A stretch of DNA of 64,000 nucleotides from Gammaproteobacteria bacterium (GCA_965238175.1 CBDEGZ010000003.1:3168001-3232000), one strand, 5' to 3'. Counted from the first letter of the stretch, positions 1 to 10,144 are shown. The notes: a model not told the origin generated them from the letters alone. Program-made: numbers and translations.

Positions 1-228
1 GATACTAAAAATCACCAGTTTAAAAAGTACATCGATTTGCCTAAACCTCGAGGGATCACAACAACAAGCGACGGAAAATATTTCATCGTCTCTTACGGAT
101 CACAAGCAAGCTTAGGGCTGATTTCTACCGACTCTCTAGAGCTGCAAAAACAAACTAGCATTAACGCTACCTATATCACGGGTTCTCACATAATAAATTG
201 GCATCGGGAAATAAACTCGTTTGGCTAA
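1..228 (+). CDS. 3' end of a hypothetical protein, possibly a beta-propeller (partial, runs off the window start)
   Basis: Frame is open from base 1 (DTKNHQFKKYIDLPKPRGITTTSDGKYFIVSYG...) to the stop at 226-228; PRGI-x-x-x-SDGKYFIV resembles a propeller blade. Confidence 0.55.
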   Translation, partial: DTKNHQFKKYIDLPKPRGITTTSDGKYFIVSYGSQASLGLISTDSLELQKQTSINATYITGSHIINWHREINSFG

Positions 229-532
229 AACACTAAATGACTTTGATTTGATCAAAAAACCAGAGAACTTTCTTTAGAACAATATGTAAGCCTTGGATTT
301 GATCTTTAAGATCACAATGGCTATTGTCTGGACAACTAATCGCCCACAAGAAAAGGAACTATATGTTCGTATTTACAACAATGAACGGCGTATCACCATC
401 AATATATATCATAAGAAATACAATTTTCTAACTCCACCCAAGCCAACCTAAATAGATTCATTATTTTTAGAGATATTTATCGACTACAAGCCTACACAAA
501 TAACCGATAAACATAATCATATGATCCAAAAA

Positions 533-1315
533 TTAAAAATCAGAAATCGTCACACTTGAAAGTTTCTTATTACGGATATCATCGACACCTGGTAATAAAG
601 AAAAAGGCTTAATATCTTGTCCGCAATTACTTTTACGACTTTCGTGAGATTTATACCAACGTTGAATTTCAGGGTAATGACTCAATAAATCAGCACTATC
701 TGTAAGCGATAGCAAATGGATAACCGTCACCCAATGTACATCTGCAATTGAATATTTATCTAAAACGCAGTCTTTACCACTCACTTGTTTTTCGAACATA
801 TCAAGGGAAGGTACAAGCTGTGCTTTCGCTTCTGATATAAACGCTTCATTTGATGTAAAACCAGAATCAAACATCGGTCTAACAAGTTGCTCTTGCACAA
901 TCACATCAACATTCGGTTGAGCTTCAGTGATCGCTACATCTATCCAGTAAGCATGCTCTGCGACTTTCTCGACATGTTTCGGGACGAGTGAGTTACCAAG
1001 TCCTCTAGCATTGATGAATGAAGTAATACCCGTTGCTCCTGAAAGATAGTAATCAGATTCTTTTAAGCTTGGAAAAGTACCAAACTCAAACATGTCCTTA
1101 TACTCATTTGAATTTTGTTCGTCTTCAAGTGTATTCAAAAAACCACTTTCCATTTCCATCCCCTGCTCAGCAGCAATGAGGATGCATTTTAATGTGTCTG
1201 CATTCCATGGCGTTCCCAATAACTGCAACATATATTGATTTTTTTTCATATCACCAGACATTCCATGTGATTCACCATCAGTTCCAACAGGCGCACGTTG
1301 ATCAAATAAATCCAT
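533..1315 (-). CDS. Glutathione S-transferase family protein (divergent)
   Basis: FGTFPSLKESDYYLSG (GST N-domain cis-Pro motif); C-domain YSIADVHW...YPEIQRWY. Confidence 0.75.
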   Translation of the reverse strand: MDLFDQRAPVGTDGESHGMSGDMKKNQYMLQLLGTPWNADTLKCILIAAEQGMEMESGFLNTLEDEQNSNEYKDMFEFGTFPSLKESDYYLSGATGITSFINARGLGNSLVPKHVEKVAEHAYWIDVAITEAQPNVDVIVQEQLVRPMFDSGFTSNEAFISEAKAQLVPSLDMFEKQVSGKDCVLDKYSIADVHWVTVIHLLSLTDSADLLSHYPEIQRWYKSHESRKSNCGQDIKPFSLLPGVDDIRNKKLSSVTISDF

Positions 1316-1351
1316 CTTTTTTATACCTCTTAATTCAATTTATTCTGTTGA

Positions 1352-1987
1352 TTATGCCGATAGCATTGGTAAATATTTAGCCTTTGAATCATCCGACATT
1401 TTGTCCATTAGTCGATTAAGCCAGGCTTCGATATTGGAATATGAGGCTATATCCACTCCGTGTTTTTTTAAAACAATGATAAAAGCAGCAATATTAGGAT
1501 CAGCAAATGATAGCTGTCCTAAAACAAAAGAATTCTTTTCTAACGCATTATTAATGTTTGAAAGAAATGCAGTACACCTGGCTTTACCTTCTTTATTCCT
1601 ATTTCCATCTGCAAGATCCTCTACCACTGGACCTATAGTCTGAAAACAAATATCCATCCATGAATTTTGCTCGCCAAGCAATCGGGCTTTTCTGGGATTT
1701 AATGAGCTACCTGTTCCTCGAAAATCAATATATGCCTGGATCGCACGCGCACCTGTCGTTGAAAATGCACCATGTTTAAGTGTAGGTGCGTTCTCAGAGG
1801 AAGATATCTTCTGATAACTTGATGTATTAATAACTTTCGTATCTGTAGTATCAAACGTAGTTTGTAAGGCTACCCCTTTAATCCCAGCAAGAATCAGGCA
1901 TGACAAAGTAGCTGCCTGATCGCCCACACCAAGAAAATCCATTTCCTGAACACTTGGTTCCTTTTTTTTCCTACTAAAAATACCCAT
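1352..1987 (-). CDS. Glutathione S-transferase family protein (divergent)
   Basis: APTLKHGAFSTTGARAIQAYID; FVLGQLSFADP...YSNIEAWLNRL; GGAG Shine-Dalgarno upstream. Confidence 0.75.
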   Translation of the reverse strand: MGIFSRKKKEPSVQEMDFLGVGDQAATLSCLILAGIKGVALQTTFDTTDTKVINTSSYQKISSSENAPTLKHGAFSTTGARAIQAYIDFRGTGSSLNPRKARLLGEQNSWMDICFQTIGPVVEDLADGNRNKEGKARCTAFLSNINNALEKNSFVLGQLSFADPNIAAFIIVLKKHGVDIASYSNIEAWLNRLMDKMSDDSKAKYLPMLSA

Positions 1988-2129
1988 TTTTTATACTCCG
2001 CTTAGTCAGCAAATAAATAATTTCCTGATTATTTATTCAAATTAAAGGCGACAAATCCTAAGTTATATTTATACTTTGGCTTCCGCTTCTTTAACTTGAT
2101 TTTGCGCATTTTAACCAAATATTAAATAC

Positions 2130-2188
2130 TTGAACCTACGTAATAACCCTATAGTTTGTAGCAAAATTATTTTTTATCCGCGGCTCTA
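2130..2188 (+). repeat. Direct repeat copy A (partner at 24051-24095); MITE-like or island boundary
   Basis: TTGAACCTACGTAA...CAAAATTATTTTTTATC-NN-CGGCTCTA is shared with 24051-24095. Confidence 0.7.
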
Positions 2189-2219
2189 AGGAGATCAAGG
2201 GATCATTTAATTATTAGAA

Positions 2220-2930
2220 TTTATGGTAGCGAGCGTTTTCATCAAAAAATTGGTGCAAAATCAAAAAGTCTTTATCACCAAAAAAGACAAACACATGCGT
2301 TTGCTAAAATAGAAATGCTCAGAAATAAAATAGGTAAGGCCGACTCAATGAGCATTACTCGCTATTGCAAACATTTAGTTGATAAGGGCGTTGTTGAAAC
2401 CAGCCTCTTTATACCGAAAGCGCCCACTTTTGAGCATGTACAATTTTTGGTCACTCGTCTAGAACAACTCAACAAAATGAGAAGCAAGAGAAAAATCGTT
2501 TAAGTGTTAGTTTGGATAAAGCTGCCATACGTTCAATTAATTCAATGCTGATTTTTATTGATAAGCAAATTGTGCGTATAAAAAAAGAAATCACCGCTAT
2601 TGTCCATACTGACGAGCATTGATGGTTTTGGTGATAAACGACGTGGCTATCTTTTATATACCCGTATTAATCGTAGCAGCTTATCGAAAATGGGTTGTGC
2701 ACGGTTACGAAAGTCTCTTTATATGCCTGCGCCGGTTGTCGTAAGGTTCAATCCATTGATAACAACTTTCTATAAAAAGCTGCTGATAAAAGGCAAGCCT
2801 AAAAAAGTGATATTAGTTGCTTGTATGCGTAAATTGTTGATGATACTCAATGCGATGGTTAGGGACAATAAACTTTGGAGCCAGCAGCTTGCCCAAGACC
2901 ATTGACCCGTTGATCCCGAACACAGTTAAA
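2220..2930 (+). pseudogene. IS110-family transposase remnant (frameshifted and internally deleted)
   Basis: Fragments RNKIGKADSMSITRY (KTDxxDA-like), ILTSIDGFG and LSKMGCARLRKSLYMPA...KGKPKKVILVACMRKLLMILNAMVRD match the IS110 C-terminal domain and lie in several frames. Confidence 0.85.
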
Positions 2931-2934
2931 TCTA

Positions 2935-3615
2935 TCAAGGATCGAACCGATAACCTACGCCATGGACAGTCAACACAATTTCCGGGAGTTTTGGATTAAT
3001 CTCAACACGCTTACGTAGTTTAGAGATATGCTGGTCCAGTGTGCGGCTACTGGGGAGATAATCGTGCCCCCAACAGACATTAAAGATTTTATCTTTTTCA
3101 ACGACTTTTCCAACGCAGTGATAGAGTAACTGTAATAATTTTATATCTCTAATGCTTAAATCAATCGTTTCGCCTGCTCGGCTTGCACGTAGTTCTTCCG
3201 GGTACACGGTTAAATCTTTCATCACGAATTGCGTAGAATTTGTATCATTCTGCGATAAACAGCGACGTGTAATTGCGCGGATCCTTGCGATGAGTTCGTG
3301 AGTACCAAAGGGTTTTGCAATAAAATCATCGGCACCTAGTTCCAACCCAACAACACGATCTATCTCTTCTGATTTTGCACTGAGAAAGATTACAGGGACC
3401 GTTACATTATGTGTTCGAATTTCTCTGCATACGCTATAACCATCTTTAGCTGGCATCATGATGTCTAATATAATCAGCTCAGGATTTTGTGCATTAAAAT
3501 AGTGTATGGCTTCATCACCATCTTTTGCAGCGATGACTTTATAGCCTTCATCGCTTAATAAAGTGACCAATCCCTCGCGGATATACTGGTCATCTTCGGC
3601 AATTAGTATTTTCAA
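2935..3615 (-). CDS. OmpR/PhoB-family response regulator
   Basis: Receiver domain (LIILDIMMP, GADDFIAKPF) plus winged helix (SRTLDQHISKLRKR, TVHGVGYRF). Confidence 0.95.
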   Translation of the reverse strand: MKILIAEDDQYIREGLVTLLSDEGYKVIAAKDGDEAIHYFNAQNPELIILDIMMPAKDGYSVCREIRTHNVTVPVIFLSAKSEEIDRVVGLELGADDFIAKPFGTHELIARIRAITRRCLSQNDTNSTQFVMKDLTVYPEELRASRAGETIDLSIRDIKLLQLLYHCVGKVVEKDKIFNVCWGHDYLPSSRTLDQHISKLRKRVEINPKLPEIVLTVHGVGYRFDP

Positions 3616-5234
3616 TTTGCAACTCCTACCCCAGGTGTATTTAGGGTGACTCTAAAGCAGGCCCCTTCTTCACGGAGTACAAATATCAAATCACCCCCAT
3701 GTGATCTTGATAAGGCACGAGCAATATTGAGCCCAATCCCCGTTCCTGTGACACCATCCTTTAATTGATCACTGATTCGATAAAAGGGTTTGAAGATATT
3801 TTCAGATTCTGCACGCGGGATCCCTTGGCCACGGTCACTGATCTCAATGACAGTTTTCGCATTCTCATACTGATGTACTATCTTTAAGTACCCACCATTG
3901 GCGGCATACTTCTCTACATTGCCAATCAGGTTATTCAAAATTTGTTCGACCGCATCTGGGTCAAAAAAGACACGGGTTGTAATATTGTTCTCATAGATGA
4001 TCTCGACTGTTTTCTTTTGTAGTAAGGGTCTGAAAGTATCCAGTGATTTTTCTATAATGTCGGAAACCAGACCAGGACAGGTCTGAATATTAAGTTGCCC
4101 ACGATCAGCTCGACCAAAGTTCAAAACATTGCTAATCAATCGCGAGAGACGTTGACTTTCTTCCGAGATGACATTGAGATAATGATCAAGCTGTGAATGT
4201 TCATCTGTCAGTTTGTCTTGCATGAGTTCAGCGTACATGCAGACATTGGTCAGTGGCGTCTTTAGCTCATGCGAAACCTGGCTGACGAAATTGACGCGCT
4301 GTTCGGTTAATATTGCGTCGCGTCGATGTTCGCGATAAATATAGAAGGCAATCGCGCTCAAACATAAAATAAAGGTAAAAACTAATAATAAAGAATTTAA
4401 AAGATTCGCTGTCGAACCCAAGGCAAATTTTGGTGCAAAATATTCTAGCTGCCAACTTGCGATAGGCGCACTTAAGTTAAACCGTTGTTGAGGTTCGGCT
4501 TGTAGCGGTGCTTCATACCTTCCCCATTGGTAAATGATCTCACCCTTACTATTGACCAAACGAATACGTTCTTCGATGGGATCGGAAGCACGCGTGTCTG
4601 GGAGCAAGGATATGATATCAGCTTGTAACCGTGCGACATCTAGTTCAGCCCCAATAATTTGGTTCTCATTACCTTGTAACCAAAAAGCCAAATTAAGACC
4701 ATTCCCCCAAAACCAGGTGAACCAGCCATGATTTGTCGGGTTAGTGTCCTTACTTTGTCGCACACCTTTTTGCGTATTTATAAAATACTCGTCTTGAGTA
4801 AAAGATTTTTCTCGCGTTTCATTAAGGCTGGCAGCAGCACGATGAAATTGCTGGGGGTCCTGCCAGATGATTTGGCTACGGGCGATAAAGTCCTGTTCTT
4901 GTTTTGTTAATAGCGTATCGCTTACAGGATCAGTCCGTCTACCATCGGCATCGATAATAAAATGCTGTCGAATAAGAGGAAGGGTTTCCTCTGCGTTTTG
5001 GTACTTACTGGAATTGTTCATACGACTTAGTCGAAGGATAATCTGTTGCTGGTTTTCTTTGATGTATTGCTGAATGTCATTATCAACTTCTATTAATGAC
5101 TTAGTGATTAATTTATTTAAGTGTGTCTCTTGCATGGATTGTTCTTGCGAGACCAGTCGATAAGCAACCCACGACAAAAGCAGTGCGGGCACTAGCACCA
5201 TGGTAAATAAAAGTAGGATCAATCGTTTCTTCAT
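3612..5234 (-). CDS. Sensor histidine kinase
   Basis: Two TM helices, H-box VSHELKTPL, N-box NLIGNVEKY, G-boxes DRGQGI and GTGIGL. Confidence 0.95.
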   Translation of the reverse strand: MKKRLILLLFTMVLVPALLLSWVAYRLVSQEQSMQETHLNKLITKSLIEVDNDIQQYIKENQQQIILRLSRMNNSSKYQNAEETLPLIRQHFIIDADGRRTDPVSDTLLTKQEQDFIARSQIIWQDPQQFHRAAASLNETREKSFTQDEYFINTQKGVRQSKDTNPTNHGWFTWFWGNGLNLAFWLQGNENQIIGAELDVARLQADIISLLPDTRASDPIEERIRLVNSKGEIIYQWGRYEAPLQAEPQQRFNLSAPIASWQLEYFAPKFALGSTANLLNSLLLVFTFILCLSAIAFYIYREHRRDAILTEQRVNFVSQVSHELKTPLTNVCMYAELMQDKLTDEHSQLDHYLNVISEESQRLSRLISNVLNFGRADRGQLNIQTCPGLVSDIIEKSLDTFRPLLQKKTVEIIYENNITTRVFFDPDAVEQILNNLIGNVEKYAANGGYLKIVHQYENAKTVIEISDRGQGIPRAESENIFKPFYRISDQLKDGVTGTGIGLNIARALSRSHGGDLIFVLREEGACFRVTLNTPGVGVAN

Positions 5235-5241
5235 AGTAGAG

Positions 5242-5262
5242 ACCGGCTCTTATCGAGCCGGT
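5242..5262. terminator. Intercistronic GC-rich hairpin between the vWA and kinase genes
   Basis: ACCGGCTC-ttatc-GAGCCGGT, perfect 8-bp stem. Confidence 0.5.
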
Positions 5263-5280
5263 ACGATATTAATAGTGACT

Positions 5281-6624
5281 TTATTTTCGATAGGACTGTC
5301 TGGAAACATCTTCAGTTTTTGCCTTTAATTTTTTGCGACTCACACGCCAATCGTCTTCATCCGTTAATTGATTAGCATCTTTTTCTGCCTCCTGAGATTC
5401 TTCACTCAACTCCTCTGACTCTAGCTCTACCGCATTCAATTGTAAATAATCGCTGACATTATTGAGTGTGGTTTCCGCCCCTTTTATATCGCCTCTATCA
5501 CGAAGTTTAACGGCTCTTTTACTTTCTTCATTGGCTATTTGTTTAACCGTCGAGATAATAACGGGTGTGTTACGGGCTTTCACAACATCTTGCTCGGATT
5601 GGGTAAAGGCAACGGTAGATTGACCCTTTAATTTTTCAAATTGTCCCGTATAAATATTATTGTATGAAACTTCAACATTCGCTACATTACGAATTCTTTC
5701 CACGTTAGTTGCCGGCACCTTTACTTCTAATAGTAGATACTTTTCCTGCTCACTATATAGTTGACCAATGCGTGTTTTGACTTTTTGCCCAAGGATCTCA
5801 GACTCACGACCAATAACACGTAAAGGCTGAATACCTTCAGCACAATGTATTTCAATCACTGCGTCTTTAGCGACAACTGAAAGTGCGTTGGACAATTCAC
5901 GATCAAAAATCGCAATCAAATCCTGCGCATTTTCAGCAAAACTATGATTGCCATCACTGTACCCTGCTAAATCGACCATAAGATCTTCGTTATAGCCAAG
6001 CCCTAAACCGATAGTGGTTACACTGATCCCTTCCTTGCTCAAAGAAAGGCCGAGTTGTCCTAGTTCGCTTGGTGTACTTGGTCCGACGTTAGCCAAGCCA
6101 TCCGACAAAAGGATCACACGATTAACCATTTGTTTGGTTAAGAAATGTCTAACTTCTCCCGCGCCTTTGCTAACACCGGCAAATAGTGCTGTGTTGCCAC
6201 TGCTTTGAATACGACGTACGGCCTTGATAATCGATGGCTTATTATCAACCCGACTAGCTGGCCAAATAACTTCAACGGTATTGTCATAAGCAACAACAGA
6301 AACGATGTCATTACTACGCAAACGTTGAATCGCCAATATAGCTGCTTCTTTAGCTTGTTCCATTTTCTGCCCGCTCATGGAACCAGACTTATCCAGTACG
6401 ATAGCAATATTGACCGGAGGTCTCGCCACAAGGTCTTGTTGTTCGAAACCCGTCAAACCAATCTTTAAGAACACAGTTTGACTACGTTCCGCTAACAATA
6501 CGGGTTGTCCCAGCTCAACATTAAGCCGAACCTTGTTGAGCTCGCTTTTGGCATTAACTTGTGGTGCAACAAATACCAGACTCAAAACTAAAGTTCCGAC
6601 CATGGATGTGAATAACGATTTCAT
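5281..6624 (-). CDS. Secreted von Willebrand factor A domain protein (YfbK / Ca-activated chloride channel homolog family)
   Basis: Signal peptide MKSLFTSMVGTLVLSLVFVAPQVNA after a GGAG SD; MIDAS motif VLDKSGSMSG; ILLSDGLANVG. Confidence 0.9.
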   Translation of the reverse strand: MKSLFTSMVGTLVLSLVFVAPQVNAKSELNKVRLNVELGQPVLLAERSQTVFLKIGLTGFEQQDLVARPPVNIAIVLDKSGSMSGQKMEQAKEAAILAIQRLRSNDIVSVVAYDNTVEVIWPASRVDNKPSIIKAVRRIQSSGNTALFAGVSKGAGEVRHFLTKQMVNRVILLSDGLANVGPSTPSELGQLGLSLSKEGISVTTIGLGLGYNEDLMVDLAGYSDGNHSFAENAQDLIAIFDRELSNALSVVAKDAVIEIHCAEGIQPLRVIGRESEILGQKVKTRIGQLYSEQEKYLLLEVKVPATNVERIRNVANVEVSYNNIYTGQFEKLKGQSTVAFTQSEQDVVKARNTPVIISTVKQIANEESKRAVKLRDRGDIKGAETTLNNVSDYLQLNAVELESEELSEESQEAEKDANQLTDEDDWRVSRKKLKAKTEDVSRQSYRK

Positions 6625-6659
6625 ATTTTTAACTCCTGCATGTGATAAAAGACGAAAAA

Positions 6660-6724
6660 AGTATAGTGCCATCATCAGTACCAAGGGTGAGATATTCGTT
6701 AGTTAAATGTAAATGTTTTGTAAA
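6660..6724 (-). promoter_or_regulatory. Putative promoter with an OmpR-type tandem repeat upstream of the vWA-HK-RR operon
   Basis: TTTACA repeats at 11-bp period (6708-6713 and 6719-6724) and a TATACT -10 at 6660-6665, all on the minus strand. Confidence 0.45.
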
Positions 6725-7045
6725 TATCGAGGATTAGCAGCATACCCCAAAGGGCAATTTTGCGGCGACCCTATATTTTAACTATTTTTCAGCCAAGTTA
6801 GAGCATAAAGGCCCTATATGGAAGCCATACTTTTAGCCAACGGCGAGGGATAAGGGGTGGCCTTGATAAACGGCATTCGACTTTGTACTATACAGACAAT
6901 CAATTAGGCATCAGATCCAATATAGCCGCTACTTTTACGCAAATGATGAGCAAAGCAGGTTTTGTAGCTTACGCCTAAAAAAACATTAACAGACGAATAG
7001 ATTACAGTAAGGGTTAGTCAAAAATTCTGAGCGAAGTAACTTGAA

Positions 7046-7612
7046 ATGAACAAATGGCTAATCTACCTATTTCCACTAATATTTTCCTCAGCTATTGCGC
7101 AGGAATCGCTGCTTGATAATGCTGATTTCGAGGAGCAGCGTAGAGAAATAATCCAAGCGTTTTGTGGTAATCGAGGACAACTAGATTCCTACGTTGAAAC
7201 GATCGATGAGGATGCCACAAGTACCTTTTTCCACAAATACTATTTTGACGCCAGTGGGGTCAAATTGATTAGAGCGATGTGGAACGGCGGCGGATCCGGT
7301 ATTCCGCCTACCTTAACGGACATGTATTTCGACGATAAAAACATCGTGTTGTACGAAGAGTATGAAAGTTCGGACAAATGGTCTGGCGTGGAACAAATGG
7401 AAAATGATTCCACTTTAAAGCAGCTGGAATCTGTCCTGCTCCACAACGACAAGTTAATTGGGTACAAACTAGGCGAGCATGTTATTCAGGTGAAAGGAGA
7501 GGATGCGATATGGGTACTGAGCCCGGTGCTTAGTGGGTCCTCTGCCCTCCTTGGTGAATTTGATCGACAAAGGCTCGAAACTTCATCCTCGGATTTAACC
7601 AAAGAGCCTTAA
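7046..7612 (+). CDS. Hypothetical secreted protein
   Basis: 188-aa ORF with signal peptide MNKWLIYLFPLIFSSAIA. Confidence 0.7.
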   Translation: MNKWLIYLFPLIFSSAIAQESLLDNADFEEQRREIIQAFCGNRGQLDSYVETIDEDATSTFFHKYYFDASGVKLIRAMWNGGGSGIPPTLTDMYFDDKNIVLYEEYESSDKWSGVEQMENDSTLKQLESVLLHNDKLIGYKLGEHVIQVKGEDAIWVLSPVLSGSSALLGEFDRQRLETSSSDLTKEP

Positions 7613-7638
7613 CGTCACCCAAAATATATGGGGATTTC

Positions 7639-8013
7639 CTATTCAGGTTCGATCTGGAAAGTCAGTTCGGTGTTAATAATGCTCTCCGGGGTAAGCCCGT
7701 TTAGCTTGCCAGAGTGAACCCCGGCGAGCGTTAGACTCGCCGTCACTGAAGCGTCTTCAATCGAGTCGAATTGAATAGTGCCTCTTACGTCTGACCAAAA
7801 ATATATCGAAGATAATAAGCCAAATTGGTGAACGCGAATATCGATACTGGGGTGGGGGATGACAATGCGCTCTCCGGCTGTAAACTTTTCAATATTGTCT
7901 ATGCTGATGATTAACATCTTAGGCGGCATAATACTGATGGGATCCAATGCACTATGCCATTCATGCAACAATACAATCGACTCCGCGTTCTCGCTGGATA
8001 TAAAGTGTTTCAT
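7639..8013 (-). CDS. Hypothetical protein
   Basis: 124-aa ORF with an AAGGA SD upstream; no recognisable motif. Confidence 0.5.
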   Translation of the reverse strand: MKHFISSENAESIVLLHEWHSALDPISIMPPKMLIISIDNIEKFTAGERIVIPHPSIDIRVHQFGLLSSIYFWSDVRGTIQFDSIEDASVTASLTLAGVHSGKLNGLTPESIINTELTFQIEPE

Positions 8014-8057
8014 GACCCTATGTCCTTTTTTAACGAAAAATTCGAGAGAGCATTTAA

Positions 8058-9050
8058 ATGAATATTATCATTTCCTACAGTTTATATAATTCATTTGGTA
8101 GCCATGCATCAATATCGCTGGTTGCTGAACTATTGGAATATGACATGCCCAATTTTGGTGATGCCATACAAGAATTAGATATTACTGTTAATTTTAATCA
8201 TGATGCTCCAGCCAGAAAGACTTTTAAAAAATTACAGGAAGACTTTCACAGTAACTTAGAAAGACTTCCTAAATGTACTTTTTACCGTAAGAAGCAGCGC
8301 CTAAACTTAGAGATTGAAGGTAAATTCACCACAGGTTATGAAATAAAAAGAAGTTGTAATCCACCGATTCAAATCAATCCGATCTGGGTTAAAGCAACTT
8401 TGGAAGAAATCATTACTTTTTCGAGTCTAATTAGACAAAAATTAAAAAAATCGGACAATTTTGACTTTCCTGCTTTCGAAGATTATTTAAATGCAAAACT
8501 TAGCACAATTCCTGATAGCATTGAGGCGCTAGAAAATATTCGTGATACAGTCGTTAAACGACGAAAGGATACTTTTAGTAACCTAGATGATTGGGGAAAA
8601 CTTGGGCTTGATTGGAGCAATTATCATCCAAAAGCGAAAGAGATCGTTCCATTACCAAACCTTTGGAACTGTGCTGATGATTTTTCTCCTAATGGGAATG
8701 ATACTGGCGCAGATACTCTAGAAATATTTAGAAAATGGAATAAACGAAATAGCAATAAATCAGCCCTGCCCTTTCTCTCTAAACTGCTCAATGAGTGGGA
8801 GATTGACATAGCTGCTCCATATCAAAGTAAGTACTCTTCATATACATATTTTCAAACTGTAACGGGTTTAGCATTCGCATCGGCAAAACTAAGAGGAAAA
8901 TGTGAACAAGAATTGAAGGATAAGGCTATTTCTGCAATAAATTATTATCTTGCCTCTATCGAAAATGAAACAGGCTGGGAATATAAAGATGAATGCAAAG
9001 AAAAGTTAAGTATCTCAAAAAAAACAATCGAGGAAATGCCTAACAAGTAA
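8058..9050 (+). CDS. Hypothetical protein with a YfeS/MolR-like C-terminal region
   Basis: 330 aa; HPKAKE...LWNCADDFSPNGNDTGADTL resembles a YfeS-type motif. Confidence 0.6.
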   Translation: MNIIISYSLYNSFGSHASISLVAELLEYDMPNFGDAIQELDITVNFNHDAPARKTFKKLQEDFHSNLERLPKCTFYRKKQRLNLEIEGKFTTGYEIKRSCNPPIQINPIWVKATLEEIITFSSLIRQKLKKSDNFDFPAFEDYLNAKLSTIPDSIEALENIRDTVVKRRKDTFSNLDDWGKLGLDWSNYHPKAKEIVPLPNLWNCADDFSPNGNDTGADTLEIFRKWNKRNSNKSALPFLSKLLNEWEIDIAAPYQSKYSSYTYFQTVTGLAFASAKLRGKCEQELKDKAISAINYYLASIENETGWEYKDECKEKLSISKKTIEEMPNK

Positions 9051-9078
9051 AGTAAGAACAGGCCTACATCACATCCAT

Positions 9079-9480
9079 TTACTGAAGAGTTTTATACCAT
9101 GGAGCTTCACTAATAAGCCCTGTCATCGAATTAGCCTTTAGGCCAGTCATGGCCTTTTTTTCTTTGAGACGAGTTAATATTTCATCGTTGCTAATTTTGG
9201 TTGCCTTATCAAAAATATCTACAACATTGTTTAGAATGAAAAGAAAGTTTGCGGTTGTTAGTAAAACATCAACTTCTTCCGCGATTAAGTAACTTTCCGA
9301 CAGACGTAGGAAATAAAATCTTTTATCATCATAAAATTGAACAAGTGTATCGCAAGAAAATTTTTCTAAGTGCAACTTTGCATCTTTAAAATCTAATTTG
9401 TGATTTGAATTGACAATATTTACAAGGCATTTTCCTATTTTTGATTTTTCCTCAAATGAAATTTCTCTATTTTTTTTCAT
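9079..9480 (-). CDS. Putative immunity protein of the orphan Rhs C-terminal toxin
   Basis: Small AT-rich ORF starting 4 nt after the toxin-remnant stop; assignment is positional inference. Confidence 0.5.
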   Translation of the reverse strand: MKKNREISFEEKSKIGKCLVNIVNSNHKLDFKDAKLHLEKFSCDTLVQFYDDKRFYFLRLSESYLIAEEVDVLLTTANFLFILNNVVDIFDKATKISNDEILTRLKEKKAMTGLKANSMTGLISEAPWYKTLQ

Positions 9481-9483
9481 TGC

Positions 9484-10120
9484 TTATTTAATCACGTTAA
9501 TCTTTGTAAATGAACTACTACTCTTGCTCCCAGTCCATCCATTACCATATACATGGTAAGTTCTGATTTTTGGGTGTTTCCCACCAAAAGATACTACCGT
9601 TAACTCGTTGGTTTTTGTATTTAGGTATCCAGTGTTCTTAAAGCCATCACTATTAGTATAGCTAAAGATTTTGTCAGCACTTTTAACGTTGTCACGGGAC
9701 ATTTTTTTCATAATGTCTTCGAGAGATTGCTCCAACTTCATCTCCATGTTTTACATAATGATCTTTAACTCCTTAACCTTCAGAATTATTTTGGGATTTG
9801 CTAACCCATTTAGCCTTCTTTGCGACGAGCCCTTGACGTTTTGGACAAACCGCCAGCCCCAGCGGATCAATCCAAGCGTTAGAGTTGTGAACATAGGCTT
9901 GAGGCCTGGGTCCGCCCTCGAGGCCTATCGGGTCGGGGGAGAAGTAGCTGCTTGTTTCGGGGTCGCAGTAGCGGTATCGATTGTGGTGGAGGCCGCTTTC
10001 TTTGTCAAAATATTGACCAGAAAAACGTAAGGGACAATCGATTTGGTTGTCGTTGGCGGGCGTTCGGGCCAGTGTTCGGTTCTCTCCATCGCGCCCCAGA
10101 GCCAAGTTTGCCTTGAACAA
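9484..10120 (-). pseudogene. Orphan Rhs core plus C-terminal toxin (BECR-like RNase?), disrupted
   Basis: CPLRFSGQYFDKESGLHHNRYR...PDPIGLEGG...WIDPLGL core, then toxin ...G*GVKDHYVKHGDEVG; stop at 9773 and a frameshift in the A7 run at 9702-9708 leading to ...GYLNTKTNELTVVS...KIRTYH. Confidence 0.85.
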
Positions 10121-10144
10121 CTACACTACATAAGTATTTTTTGG

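Noticed and set aside
317-430. 37-aa ORF MAIVWTTNRPQEKELYVRIY...
   Set aside because: Too short, no clear SD or recognisable family; possibly a gene remnant
9484-9747. 87-aa ORF as an independent gene
   Set aside because: Better explained as the frameshifted tail of the orphan Rhs toxin
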